64,000 nt of DNA, taken from contig NC_134027.1 in the NCBI RefSeq assembly GCF_964204645.1, positions 13,114,485 to 13,178,484 of the forward strand, written 5' to 3'. This document shows, one piece after another, positions 1 through 12,500 of the stretch (the stretch's first letter is position 1; every line of letters begins with the position of its first letter). The stretch is from Tubulanus polymorphus (Eukaryota; Animalia; Nemertea). The notes under the pieces were generated by a model. That model was not told the DNA's origin and made no database searches. It saw only the letters and a list, made by a program, of their open reading frames with translations. A program made the position numbers and the translations under genes.

Positions 1-779
1 TATAGACATATTCAGTAGATACGCATGGTCAATTCCAATCAAAAATAAAACTGGTATAGAAGTGACAAATGCTTTTAAATCAATATTTAAAGAAGCTATT
101 CCAGATAAGATACAATTTGATGAAGGTAAGGAATTTTACAACAAACATTTTAAAAAACTATTATCTGATAACGATGTAGATTATTTTTCAACACACTCAG
201 ATAAAAAAGCATCTATTATAGAAAGATTTAATAAAAAATTGAAAACTAGAATGTGGAAATATTTTACTGCTAATGAAACATATAAATATATTGATGTGTT
301 AGATGATTTAGTGAAAGGTTATAATAATTCTAAACATAGTTCTATAAATATGAAACCTATACAAGCTAGAAAAGAAGATAATTCGGAAATAGTTTGGAAT
401 AATTTATATGGCGCATTTGTTACACATGATTTCGGTGAACCTAGATTCAAAATTGGACAACACGTAAGAATATCTAAATATAGAAAAACCTTTTATAAAA
501 AATTTTACAGAAGAAATATTTAAAATTAAAAAGATAATATTAACTAAACCATTTGTTTATAAATTGGAAGATTTAAAAGATGAAGAAATATTAGGTTATT
601 TCTATGAACAAGAATTATCACTTGTACCAAATCCAGATGAAATAGAATACAAAGTAGAAAAAGTATTGAAAACAAAAACTCTTAAAGGAAAAAAGTATTC
701 TTTAGTGAAATATAAAGGATATGATGATAAATTTAATGAATGGATTTTATCTAGTAAAATTAAAAGAATAAATGAATAA
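1..779 (+). pseudogene. RVE (retroviral-like) integrase with C-terminal chromodomain, 5'-truncated by the window and frameshifted near 490-520
   Basis: IDIFSRYAW, IQFDEGKEF and SIIERFN (DDE core); chromodomain YKVEKVL..VKYKGYDDKFNEWI. Collinear with 62258-63385 but split into ORFs 62-523 and 564-779. Confidence 0.9.
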
Positions 780-1383
780 AGATTTATTTATATTTGAACC
801 GCATAATATGTTAGTTACTGGAGTAACCAATTGTGGTAAAACACATTTCATATTAGACTTGTTAGAAACTATTTATAAGAATCATTTTGATAATATAATA
901 TCATTCTGTCCTACTTATGAAATGAATAAAACATATAATAGAGATATAGTTAAGATAAAAAAGTTTATTATATTAGATCCTAAAACAGTAAAAGAAAATT
1001 TAGATAATTGTATTAAAATAGCAATAGATATTTATAAAGGATCAAATACATTATTCATTATAGATGATTGCGCTAATCTACATGATTCAAAAGTGAGAGA
1101 AAGTGAGTTATGTTATTTAGCTTTCTCTGGGAGACATTTTGGGATAACAACATGGGTTTTAAATCAAAAATATAATTCAATTGTTAAAGACTTTAGGGAG
1201 AATATAAGATTTCTAGTTTTATTCTACAATAAAGATAGAAAATCCATGCAACAATCATTGGAAGAAAATCAAATTATACCTACTGAATTACATCATGAAT
1301 ATATGAATAAATTAAAGAATAATAAAGGTTCAAAATTATTACTGAGATTACAATTTCCATATGAATATAAATTTATAAAATAA
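772..1383 (+). CDS. A32/FtsK-like genome-packaging ATPase
   Basis: Walker A GVTNCGKT, Walker B FIIDD, GRH motif; intact 203 aa; homologous to 63386-63994. Confidence 0.92.
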   Translation: MNKDLFIFEPHNMLVTGVTNCGKTHFILDLLETIYKNHFDNIISFCPTYEMNKTYNRDIVKIKKFIILDPKTVKENLDNCIKIAIDIYKGSNTLFIIDDCANLHDSKVRESELCYLAFSGRHFGITTWVLNQKYNSIVKDFRENIRFLVLFYNKDRKSMQQSLEENQIIPTELHHEYMNKLKNNKGSKLLLRLQFPYEYKFIK

Positions 1384-1406
1384 CTATTTATATTTTGGAA
1401 TATTAT

Positions 1407-1745
1407 AGAAACTAATTTATATATCTATATACTAGACGTACGAGTAAGAAAGTAAGATTCTTACCAAGAAAGTAAGATTCTTAGATTCTTACGTACGTCT
1501 AGTATATAGATATATAAATTATTAAATGAATTATATAAAAATGAATAAATTATATGTTTTCTCTTAATAATAATAAAAATAGATTATATTATAACTATTT
1601 CTATACTTAGATTAATAATTTTATGTTTTTAATTTTTATGAAAACTATCATATATATCTATGTACTAGACGTACGAGTAAGGAAGTAAGATTTCTTGGAT
1701 TCTTACTCGTACGTCTAGTATATAGTTACATAAATTAGTTTTATA
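1407..1745. repeat. Twin palindromes: four alternating-orientation copies of a ~40-bp arm (ATATCTATATACTAGACGTACGAGTAAG)
   Basis: Arms at ~1413-1450 (+), ~1485-1521 (-), ~1641-1682 (+) and ~1700-1743 (-), between convergent genes. Confidence 0.9.
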
Positions 1746-1749
1746 ATAA

Positions 1750-2883
1750 TTATTCTAATTTTGTTTCTAATATATTTATAAAATCATCTCTGTTTATATC
1801 TAATTCACCAAAAGTCTTAGGTAGATTTATTAATTTCAATTGATCCATCTTAACATAATTATTAGTAGGTAAATTAGTTTTTTCTCTTAATTTTTCTAAG
1901 TATTCATCAAAATCATCATAATCAAAATCAAAATGATGTCCAAAATTATTTATCAGATAACTTAAATCTTAAATCTATTTTTCTAAAATATAATAATTTA
2001 TATACTTGTTTAGGATTATCTTCTGCATAAGCTAATAATTTATCAAATAACAACTTATAGAATATATAATATTGGTTAGTTTTAGGATTAAAATATTTGA
2101 TATATTTATTTGGGTTATTTAACAATGGTATCATACTCACCATTTTATAAACATTAATTAGATGTAACTTTGATTTATAATGAGTATTTTCATCAACAGG
2201 TTCAATTTTCTTATTACAATATTGGCACATTTTATTTCTTTCTATTTCTTTTCATGTTCTTCTAACTTCCTTTCATTTTCGATATGCTCTTGAGATTTTT
2301 TATGTTTAGAAAAATTACTTTTAGAAATATCTAAATCACTAATGTTACAATGTTTTTTAGAATCATCAATTGTTTCATTATCATTAGTTTCAATTGTATC
2401 AACATTATCTGTTATATTATCTATGGTATCATTTGTTTCAATTGTATTAACATTATCTATGATATTATCTATTATATTATTATCAGATATATTATTATCA
2501 TTATTATTCTTTTCTTTTTCTATATGTTTATTTGATTTCTTATGTGATGCCCAATTTTTATATGATATATATTTCTTACATACATCACAATATTTTTCAT
2601 TTGTCTTTTTGGTTTTGATATCAGGTTCAATCTTATCATTATTAGATGTAGTAGGTATTACATTATTAGATGTAGTAGGTATTACATTATTATCAATTAC
2701 ATTACTTAAATTATCAACAACACCACTTTCATTATTATCGATTTCTATTAGTTTAGTTATATAAATTTTGAAAATAGGATCAAATATCAAAGCTATATTA
2801 CAAGGTATTACATAATATAAACCATCATTATTTTCATGTGTATCGATGTATGGAATATGTTTATATACTTTACCTCCTTCCAT
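1750..2883 (-). pseudogene. Multi-C2H2 zinc-finger protein, frameshifted (ORFs 2242-2883 and 1946-2230 plus a tail to ~1750)
   Basis: CDVCKKYISYKNWASHKKSNKH, a degenerate second finger and CQYCNKKI..HYKSKLH; fragments join by small frameshifts; 24-bp tandem repeat (NNVIPTTS x2). Confidence 0.7.
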
Positions 2884-2915
2884 TTATTATATAAATTTTT
2901 ATTAAAGTTAAAATT

Positions 2916-4163
2916 TTAATACATAACACTATTCAATTGAGAATTTACAATATTTAATTGCGCGTCAGATATAATATAAATATGCATTTTAAAATTTAGG
3001 CTTCCTTTTTTCTTTGTCATGAATAATTGTATTCCATCTTTAGTGTTCTGTAGTTTTTTTCCAGAACCATGTAATGAATTATCCTCTGTTGTTCTAAAAT
3101 CTAACCATAATGCATATTTATTAGCGGTATAATAATCAATTTGATTAATATTACAATTTTCAGATGATTTCACTTTTTCATTCATAAAATGTTTTCTAAT
3201 TTCTGGCCATTGATCCATCATTCTCATTCCTTGACAAAATATTTTATTTGCTATTCCTTCGATAGTTATTTCTACTTTTGTTATTTCAGGATTATAATAC
3301 TTATCAACCTGTATTGCACCATTAGAATATGTTGCAATGGTAAAAAATATTAATATACCTTTAATAGATCTTCTTGGGAAGTTAATATTCTCATTAATTA
3401 TTTCATCATTTGCATTAATAGTTACAGTTTTAAATTTATCAATATAATCATATAATAATGAAAATCCTTGATTGTATTTAGTTTGAATTATACTTGCAAT
3501 ATTTTCATCAGTTACTGTATCATATTCTAAACATATATTCGATAATTTATAACCCATATCTTTAACAACGCTAGATAATACAATTTCATTTACAGGAGCA
3601 AATGTTATTTCGAATGTAACATCTTCTTGAATTGCATATTTATATAAAGGTGCATTGTTATTTATCAATTCAAAGTCTAATGGAATTTTATATTTGCTTC
3701 CATAAATCTTTTTTATCAAATTATCTGCGGTGCGAGTTACTATTGCGTCATTAGCTCCTGATCTTAATTCATTTTGGTTTTCTGATTGGATTCCTTGAAA
3801 TATCATATTATTTCTGTTTTCTTTAGTTAACCATAAATCTTTATATTGCATAAATAAATTATAATCATCTAATGAGAAAACTGTTTCTGGACCAATCTTT
3901 ATAGTTAATTTTTTAATCAAATATCTTCCAACATTATCAACAAATTGATTATCATTATTACCGATTACTTTTATATCGGCTGATAAATAAATACTATTTC
4001 GAACATAAAAAGTATTTTGTGTTAATCTAGGAATTCTAACATATAGAGTTTCATCGGGATTAATATTAGAAGGGTTATGAGTAATTATATGATGTGATCA
4101 TTCTGCTTTAATAGCATTAGATATTCTATGATTCTTAGAAGGATTGATATAACTCCCACTCAT
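2916..4163 (-). pseudogene. Double jelly-roll major capsid protein with a nonsense mutation at codon 22
   Basis: Highly similar to 60980-62227; ATG at 4163; AGA>TGA at 4100-4098. Confidence 0.85.
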
Positions 4164-4183
4164 TTATTTAACAAAAAAATTAA

Positions 4184-5515
4184 TTATTTATTTTTTGATA
4201 TCATATTCACTAACCCAAAAATAATTGCACTTACAACTGTAATTAAAAATAAAATAATATGTTCAGCAGCAAAGTTAATAATGTTTCCTGCAGATTTCAA
4301 TATAAAACCAACAATTGATGCAATAATTCCTGGTAAAGCTGCAGCAGATTTTTTAGATAGTTCCCATAAATATTTTGCTAATTTCTTTAAACCATCCTTA
4401 ACTTTATCTTGTATCGAATTATTATCATTCGGGGGTTTATCCGGTTTATTGGGAGTAGGAGTAGATTTCAGTGAATTTGATATAGCTAAACCAATTGTTG
4501 TAAATAACATAGTTACAGTTGTTAGAATTGAAAGAATTGTTATTCCTTCTAATTTAAATAATAACTTTATTCTATCTTTCAATGATATTTTAGAATCTGG
4601 TTTTATCAACAAATCTTTAAAAATAACTTATAATTTTTTAATATGATTAAGATCATATGATTTTAATAATGTATCTCTTTCTTTTTCCTGTAATTCTTTG
4701 TTATATTTTAAATCATCTATTTCTTTTTCTAAAGCTAACTTTCTGCTTTCATAATCAGCTTCCTCGATTAATTGAAAATTTTCATCTAATTCTAATTGTT
4801 TTACTTCTCCATTTGCATTAGCTAATTCTTTTTCTAACATGGTTATTTTAGAAAATCTCATCTTAATATTAGCAATTTCACCAGCTGATATTTGTACACC
4901 TTTAATTTCTCTACGTGCTTTTTCAGGAAAAGCTTCTAATTCATCATCAGTTAAATCAAGTATTCCTTTTTCTAGTAAAGATAGTATTCGATTTATTCCA
5001 GTTTCAGAACCAGATGTATCTGATATACTATTCATCTCTTCTTCTGAATCTCTTAATCTATCAATTTGTTTTTCTAATGTTTGTAATTGACTTGAATCAT
5101 TATCAATTTGTTGAGTGTCTCTTCTCGATGTTTCTGGTGTTGAAGATCTTAATCTATCTAATCGATCTCCATACTCTTCCATTTCTGGATCAACATCGGT
5201 AGGATTTGGATTTGGATTTTTAAATGGTGAATATTTGTTTATATCAATATTAGGAATTAGTTTCATAAATTCTTTTCTTTCTTTTCTAGTTGAAATTCTA
5301 CCACTTTCAGGAGCTTCTAAATATTTAATTAATTTTTCACGTAATTTGGAATTAATTCCATCATAATCATCATCATAATCATCATCATCATCTAAATTAG
5401 TATTATATTCTATTTTATTATCATCATTATCAATATTAGTTTCATTAAAATCAGGTTGTGGTTCATCACTTATACTAGGCTTATCGAAAGTATCCATTGG
5501 AATATCTTCTTCCAT
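4184..5515 (-). pseudogene. Coiled-coil protein with C-terminal transmembrane segments (homolog of 59339-60925), split near 4612-4630
   Basis: ORFs 4628-5515 and 4184-4612; C-terminal EGITILSILT...SAAALPG region nearly identical to C; N-terminus unrelated. Confidence 0.8.
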
Positions 5516-5530
5516 TTATATAATAAAAAA

Positions 5531-6854
5531 TTAAAATTTAAAATATAATATTCCTCCTATAACAATTCCTATACAAGTTAAAGCTAATTTAGCATTTTCA
5601 TGGGATTTATTATCATCATTTAGTTTAATTATATCATGTTGAATAATATCAGTTCTAATATTTTCTGATGTATTGTAATCTTTTATTTTAGAATCATCAT
5701 TTAATTTAATATTATTAGTTTTAGTTTCTGTTGATTGAATATGTTTTTTATTTTTTTCACCTTCCATTAATTTTGGAGCAGTGATAATCTTTTAATTTAT
5801 ATCATTCAATCCAAATGAATTATTTATTGTTGCAGTTTTAATTAGATTATTATAACCGATTATATTTCCCATCTTTAATACTAAATCATTAGAAATAATT
5901 AATAGATTAGGGCCTATACAATAATTTAATCTAATATGTGATTTATCTAAATAATTTTGATATCTAACAATGTTTTCTGGAATCGATCTATTTTTATCAT
6001 TATGAATTGAATCTTCAAATAATACTTTGAATTGTTTCTGTGCATCGAATGAAGTGTTATCATTTCCAATTATTGGGGATCTTGTTTCAACTTGCGCACC
6101 TGAAATACATATCAAATAAGTTCTAATAGATTGATTTATTCTTTGTATACCTGATTTTGTAAAACCTTCACTATTTTCTAAAATGAAATTAACCCAACCA
6201 TTATTATTTTGTTGTTGTATATTATTATAATATTTTGGTAATTCATTCCAATTTAGTGTTCTTATATCTGAATTTGTCATTATTTTTCCAAATTCTTTAG
6301 TATACAATATTCCTAATCCACCCATTGTTCCAATTTTTGCTCTAAAATCTTTATTTGAATTAATATTAAATTCATTACATATTTTATAAAACGTAGAAAA
6401 ATTAATATTATTATTCAATTTTTTAAATATTTTGAACCTGGTAAAGGACATTCTAATTCATCTAATATTAATTTTATTCGAAAATAAGTGTGAAATCTAA
6501 AAAGTGATAACATCAATGCAAACTTGGTTTATTTAAATGATCATTCCAACTAATTCCACATCCTGTTGTTGCGCAATAAACAGCAAAATTTAATTGGTTC
6601 TGCCAATACTTCATATTAGATTTTAATAACCATTGTTTTGCCTCATTTAAATTTTTAAAATTAATTGTATACACATGAAATATATTTTCCATCTTTACAT
6701 GAAAATTATTACTTTCAGTAACATAAATATATAAATCAATTAATGAATTTAAAACTTCATTTCTATATGTAATATCTTTATTAAAATCTATTGCTGGAAT
6801 ATTATATTTAATTGATTTATTATATTGGAAAGCTTTTGGAAAATTATCTGCCAT
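5531..6854 (-). pseudogene. Conserved Polinton protein (homolog of 57934-59322), three fragments
   Basis: YWQNQLNFAVYCATTGCGISW motif; collinear with the 462-aa ORF of C; frameshifts and a stop. Confidence 0.85.
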
Positions 6855-6870
6855 TTATATAACTAAAAAA

Positions 6871-7305
6871 TTAATAATTTATTAATTCTTTTAATAATTT
6901 ATCTTGTTCTTCAACTGTTATATGGCCACTTAAACTTATTATATAATCTAGTGTATTCTTTAATTTATTAATTTCTTTTATATTAGTTTTAATTTTTTCT
7001 TTATTACTTTTTATATTTAATTTTGAACTTATACCAGTTAAAACACTTGAACTTAATCCTAACACACCAGTTGATATAGCTAAAGGTGTTAATGGACTGA
7101 ATATTGCTAGAAATGTTATAACAGAACTAATTGTAACCGAACCACTGATAATAAGATAATATATAATTTTATTTTTTAAATATTTTTTCTTTTTAACTTT
7201 TAAGTCACTTTCAAATTCTAATATTTGTTTTTCTAAATATATTTTTTATTTAGTTTTATTTACATCATGAGGAATAATATCAATATTATCAACTTTATCC
7301 TCCAT
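6871..7305 (-). pseudogene. Small two-TM membrane protein (homolog of 57483-57917), frameshifted
   Basis: ATG at 7305 (MEDKVD..); C-terminal ORF 6871-7065 almost identical to C. Confidence 0.8.
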
Positions 7306-7325
7306 TTATTTAGCAAAAAAAATTA

Positions 7326-7748
7326 CTAATTAGTAAACTTATACGCTACAAATATAACAATAACAGTTTCACCTAAAATCCAAATTATTTCATATTTCTG
7401 TTGTTAATTACTTGGGGTATAATAATCTGATAATTTAGGTTTGTATAGATGTAATTTTTGTTTATTGGTTACCGCGTTATATAAACTCATTGCGTCATCA
7501 ACTGATTGAAAATCTCTATGTGAAATCTTCTGATCATATAATTCTTTATTGATGTAATCCATATAGTTTTGTCTGTTTTCTCTATATTCTTCCGCTGCTT
7601 TATTGTATTTCTCTAATGCTAAATTATGTCTTTTTTGTTCTGTTAATGAACCATTTTTATCAATATGTTTAAATAAATAACCACCACCAGTAAATGCTAA
7701 AGCGTTAACGATTACCGATCCTATAATAGTTATAACTGCAGAAGCCAT
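7326..7748 (-). pseudogene. Small membrane protein (homolog of 57041-57463) with premature stop at 7404
   Basis: MASAVITIIGSVIVNALAFTGGG..RHNLALEKY; GAA>TAA removes the C-terminal TM helix. Confidence 0.8.
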
Positions 7749-7823
7749 TTATTTAGTCAAATAATTATGTATTTATATTCCTCCCATATAAATACATAAT
7801 TATTTTACTAAATAATTATGTAT

Positions 7824-8045
7824 TTATATGGGAGGAATATATTTTTGTTTTTCTAAATAATCAATAGTTAAATTAGATAAAGTTACTGCTAATGTTAATT
7901 TTAAAATATCATTTATATCAAATCTATAAACATTAACACGTCCCATTTTGAATACTTTTTTTAATACCATTGAATAACCAACAGTTCCAACTGGTAGTAA
8001 TGCTCCATTATATAATCCAGTTATTATCCACTTATTATCACTCAT
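7824..8045 (-). CDS. 73-aa hydrophobic Polinton protein
   Basis: Three substitutions relative to 56795-57016. Confidence 0.8.
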   Translation of the reverse strand: MSDNKWIITGLYNGALLPVGTVGYSMVLKKVFKMGRVNVYRFDINDILKLTLAVTLSNLTIDYLEKQKYIPPI

Positions 8046-8387
8046 TTAGTTATCAAAAAAATTACTATCATCAAAATATTTAGTTATCTTAGTGATGATT
8101 AATTCAACATTTATTTCATTACTATTTTTATGATTATCATATATTTTGGATAATATGTTTTTAATATCATCAATAATTCCATTTTCATTTAATTCATAAT
8201 ATTCTAAAGGTGATTTAATTAAATCAATTACTTTTACTATATCATAATTTTCTTTATTAATCATTGTTGCATTATTAAATGATTTACTTTTTATACCAGT
8301 AATTACATCATTTAGTTTAATTCTCATTTCTTTACCATGTTTAAAATCAAACCCAAAACATATACTCGGTCCAACAGTTATATTCAT
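8046..8387 (-). CDS. 113-aa Polinton protein, function unknown
   Basis: Close homolog of 56453-56791. Confidence 0.8.
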   Translation of the reverse strand: MNITVGPSICFGFDFKHGKEMRIKLNDVITGIKSKSFNNATMINKENYDIVKVIDLIKSPLEYYELNENGIIDDIKNILSKIYDNHKNSNEINVELIITKITKYFDDSNFFDN

Positions 8388-8404
8388 TTATATAGTGAAA
8401 AAAA

Positions 8405-9167
8405 TTACTCTCTACATCTTATAACTAATTCATAAATTACAGGGAAATTATTTAAATCAAATAAGTGCCCATTATGATTTCTAATTTCTAATCTAAAATT
8501 ATTAAAACGAGGAATGCATGGTTTGAAATCACATTCTGTTAAATTATAATTTATTTGCGTTCCAAATTCTTTAACATTCTTCAATGGTAAAATGTTTAAT
8601 AAACCAGAATTACAAGTTATATCTTTAGTTGCTTCGAATGTTTTTGTAGGATCGATTAAATTGCAATAAATATAAAAATGTGTGTAAGGTATAAAGTTTG
8701 GTGTAACAGCATCAATATTTTTAAAAGATCTATCTGGAAGAATTCCTAACAGTTTAGCTATAGGTTTTTTTTACCATAAATTTATGTTTTTCACTATTAG
8801 ACAACCTTATCGTTATTATATCAGAACTATCACTTTTTAAAAATCTAATACTAAACCCAGAACTACTCCCTAATTTGTGACAGGCTTTTCTATTAATTTC
8901 TTGTGCTAATGTATCTAAATTATATAACCCCGGTTTTAAATATATATAGGACCATTCATTTTTACCTTTATCAAAAATTAAAAAGGCTCTATGTTCAATA
9001 GTTTTATTCGATATATTATAAAAAGAATTACATAAACTTATATTTACTAATTTTAAATCTACACAATTCTTGAATTCTCTATCTAATTGAACTAGTAAAT
9101 TATGAGATTTATAATTTGTAAGCCTTCTTGAATCAACAAATATTCTGTATTCTTTTAATTCTACCAT
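8405..9167 (-). pseudogene. Minor capsid (penton, single jelly-roll) protein, frameshifted near 8765
   Basis: Homolog of 55678-56436; frameshift in an A-run (VKKTYS vs VRKPLA). Confidence 0.75.
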
Positions 9168-9184
9168 TTATTTTACATATTTTC

Positions 9185-9538
9185 TTATTCGAAATCTATT
9201 TCATGGTGCTTTTTTTCATTCTTACCTTTGTATACGAAATAGAAATCTCCAGAACATAATTCTTCTAGATCTTCACTTGATAATCTATGAAATCTATCCG
9301 GTAAATATGTTCTGAATTTATATGTATTTCCTTTTAATCCTTCATATTCTAAGTGTATAACTAATTTATCTCCATATCTGTTAGTAACTGTAACAATATC
9401 TGTAATTAGATATTTCTTATGGATTATTAATTCTGCTAACTTCTTAAATTTATAATCTACTGATTTGACATTTGAAGTATCTTTTATTCTATCTAGAAAT
9501 AATTTGTTGTTCTCACTGTGTGTTTGTTTACTCTCCAT
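9185..9538 (-). CDS. 117-aa protein, possibly OB-fold/ssDNA-binding
   Basis: Intact ORF; KL.EL..Y.I..T.RYG..F..YLP.RF pattern; near-identical copy at 32770-33123; fold is an inference. Confidence 0.65.
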   Translation of the reverse strand: MESKQTHSENNKLFLDRIKDTSNVKSVDYKFKKLAELIIHKKYLITDIVTVTNRYGDKLVIHLEYEGLKGNTYKFRTYLPDRFHRLSSEDLEELCSGDFYFVYKGKNEKKHHEIDFE

Positions 9539-12500
9539 TTATAATACATATTTTCATTAAAATTTGATAAACACGTTAGAATTCTTTTCATTATCTCGTT
9601 CTCTTTTGTTTCTTCTCTTTTAAATTTTAAGTATTCATCTAAATTACAACCATAAGCAACTGTGTGAATTCCATCATCTAAAATATATCTTTTATCATCA
9701 AATGGGTTTAGACTTATCTTTTCAATTTCTTCAATAAACATTTCATGATCTTCAGATCTAAAACATCTCATCTTATGTTTTCTAACTTCTTCATTGAATA
9801 TACAATTGATGTAATCTTTGAAATGAATATTCTTTTCTACTACACTTTTGGTTATTCCTTTTAACTTTTTAGCTTCATGTTCTTTAGTTTTATATGAATA
9901 CATTTTAGATCTAATACCAATGAATTCAATCATTTCTTCGCCACCTAATTCATCCTTAAACTTCCCTGGAACTGTTTTATTATCATTGCTAAACAATTCA
10001 TGATCTTTAGGATAATTACTGAAATCAAAATGATGTTTTAATGTTTTTAAATCATCAGTTATGTTATCAGTTTTTATCTTTAATATGTAACTGTCGGTAT
10101 CAAAATATAATATTTCTATATGTTTTTCTCCAAAAAGTGGTTGTAATACATTATAATAGAATTCATACATTAGTAATTTTGATAATTCTAAAACTGAAGC
10201 GCCAACATAGATTGGTTTATTAAATTTCATTGATGTTCTTCTCATTTTAACTGCGGCTAAATTTTCATCAAATATTCTGTTACCTAAAAACTTAGGATAT
10301 GATTGTAAATGTCTTATTCTTTTACCATTACTAACTAACTCAATATCATTTCTATTTCTAATATTTTCACAAGTTTTTCCATAGAATGCATTATTCATTA
10401 ACTTGAAGAAATCTTTTTCGAAATCAGTTTTAGCTTCAGTTCTCTGTTTGGTGTTAAAATCTATATATTTTTCTAACCACTTAGATTGGCTAAATGAAAT
10501 ATATCTATGTACTTTTTTAGAATCATTCCTTGACTCAAATAAAACTTTAACATTCTATAATGTACTACATAATTATATTTATCTTCTTGAGTTACCATTA
10601 ACTTTTCTGTATGAATATGATTTTCGGGTTTAATTCTTTTTTGATAATTTGATAATTCTTCATGAGTTACGGTTTTATGTTCTGGATAGTATGCTAGATT
10701 TCTAGATTTAAATTTAATATGTTCAGGATATTCTAAATCTACGACAAAGAAGTAACTAGTATCTGAATCATCTGCAATATCTAGAATTCTTTTCTTCCAA
10801 TCAAATTTATCATTATTTTCATTCTGTAAAACTTCAGTTAATTCAAATACTCCATAAGGTTATGGTTCCATCATTGCCCAACCATACAAATTATTTGCAT
10901 CGATATATAATAACTTATATCCAGGGTTATCATTTACATTGAAATATCTATCGCCTAATACACCTGAAACTCCTCCTCCTATAGATTTTTCAAATAATAG
11001 TAATTGATCTATATTTGTTAACAAATCCATTTTTATATCTGTAAATTTTAATCCACAATCCCATGTTAATCCTGGACTTGAATAACAATGACAAGGATCA
11101 ATATTGAAATATTTTAGGTTTACATCTCTAAACCTTTCGAATATATCGGTTAATAATAATACATCTGATTTTAGATATAAATCTACTAATTGCCCATGAT
11201 TTTCTATTTTGAAATGATTCCAAATATTCAATGTTCTATTATATACTTCATCTTTAACATATTCATTTTTTAATTCATCATAAAATTGTTCTTTTAATAA
11301 TTCAGTTATGTTAAAATCATTATGATTTTTATAGAAAGAATATGGAATTGCTCCTTTATATCTCATTAATTGGAAATCATCATTATTTGGGTAGTGTTGT
11401 TTTAATATTTTCAATTCATCATCAACTTATGATTTTGATAAGTTATCTAATGAACTATTTAAAAATCTATATGAATCTATAAATCTTAAACACCCAAATT
11501 GGAATGATATAAAATTCTCAGATGTTTTAGCTAACATTCTAAATTTATAAGTTGGTATTTTATCTTTTGATCTATTTGAATTTAATCTTTCTATTTCATT
11601 ATTAATTTCTTCTATTTTATGGCATAACTGTTTGATGAATAAATGCGCATCATATCCAGATAGATTATGAAATATAACTGGTACAAAGTTAATTTTCTTA
11701 GCTTGCAAGTTACAATTCTCATGTGCAGCGCCTCTAAACTTTCCATTCAAATGATCATGGTCTCTTACTTTTTTATCTTTATAATTAAATATCTTTTCAC
11801 AATAATAACATTTATCTGCAAACGCAAATTCTTCTTTATCTTCTTCTGTCATTATAATTTCTATATTTTTATTTAACTTTTCATTAGATTTTATTTCATA
11901 TTTAATTAATAAGTCACAAAAATGATTGATAACATTTTCATTTCTATAATTATAATATTCACTATTAATTAGTTCTGGATAATCAGATTTAATATATAAC
12001 CCGAAAGCTGCAGCTGATTGGTGAATCTTTTTAATAGTACTTGTTTTTGGTGGTTCATCTGAAAAATCATTTTCATTAGAATTTAATTTCTTTCTTTTAT
12101 AATATATTTCTTTTCTATCTTGATCAGTTAATTCTTTATTTAATGATTCAAAATCTCCATATATTACAAATGGTACTTTATTTTTGTAATCATATTTTTT
12201 GAATTCTAATATTTTATCCTTTTCATTTGGTAAAACTAATTTACAATAATCATGATTTTCACATAATTGTTTATGATTTAATAATGTACTTTCATTACTG
12301 AATCTATGTAAACATTTTCTACAAAGATATATTTTATGGTGATCACTTTCTGATTTAAAAAATAAATCGATTTGTTTAATCCACATATAATGATTCTCAT
12401 AATATAGTATATCTATAACATCGTTTGAATCATAATCTTTTGATAGATATAAAGGTTCTAATGTATAATGTTTTATATTGTTACCTTTTGTATTTGGTAA

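Noticed and set aside
1407-1745. Repeated ~40-bp units as a CRISPR array
   Set aside because: Alternating orientation, no unique spacers of regular length, no cas genes, eukaryotic context.
2342-2764. Hydrophobic plus-strand ORFs (also 4128-4646, 4839-5366, 59892-60948)
   Set aside because: Antisense shadows of AT-rich, K/E/N/D-rich real genes; they lack the element's start motif.
9493-9538. Overlap of pPolB C-terminus with the 117-aa gene as a functional overprint
   Set aside because: The gene is a multiply frameshifted pseudogene; read-through past the TAAATG junction is most simply decay.
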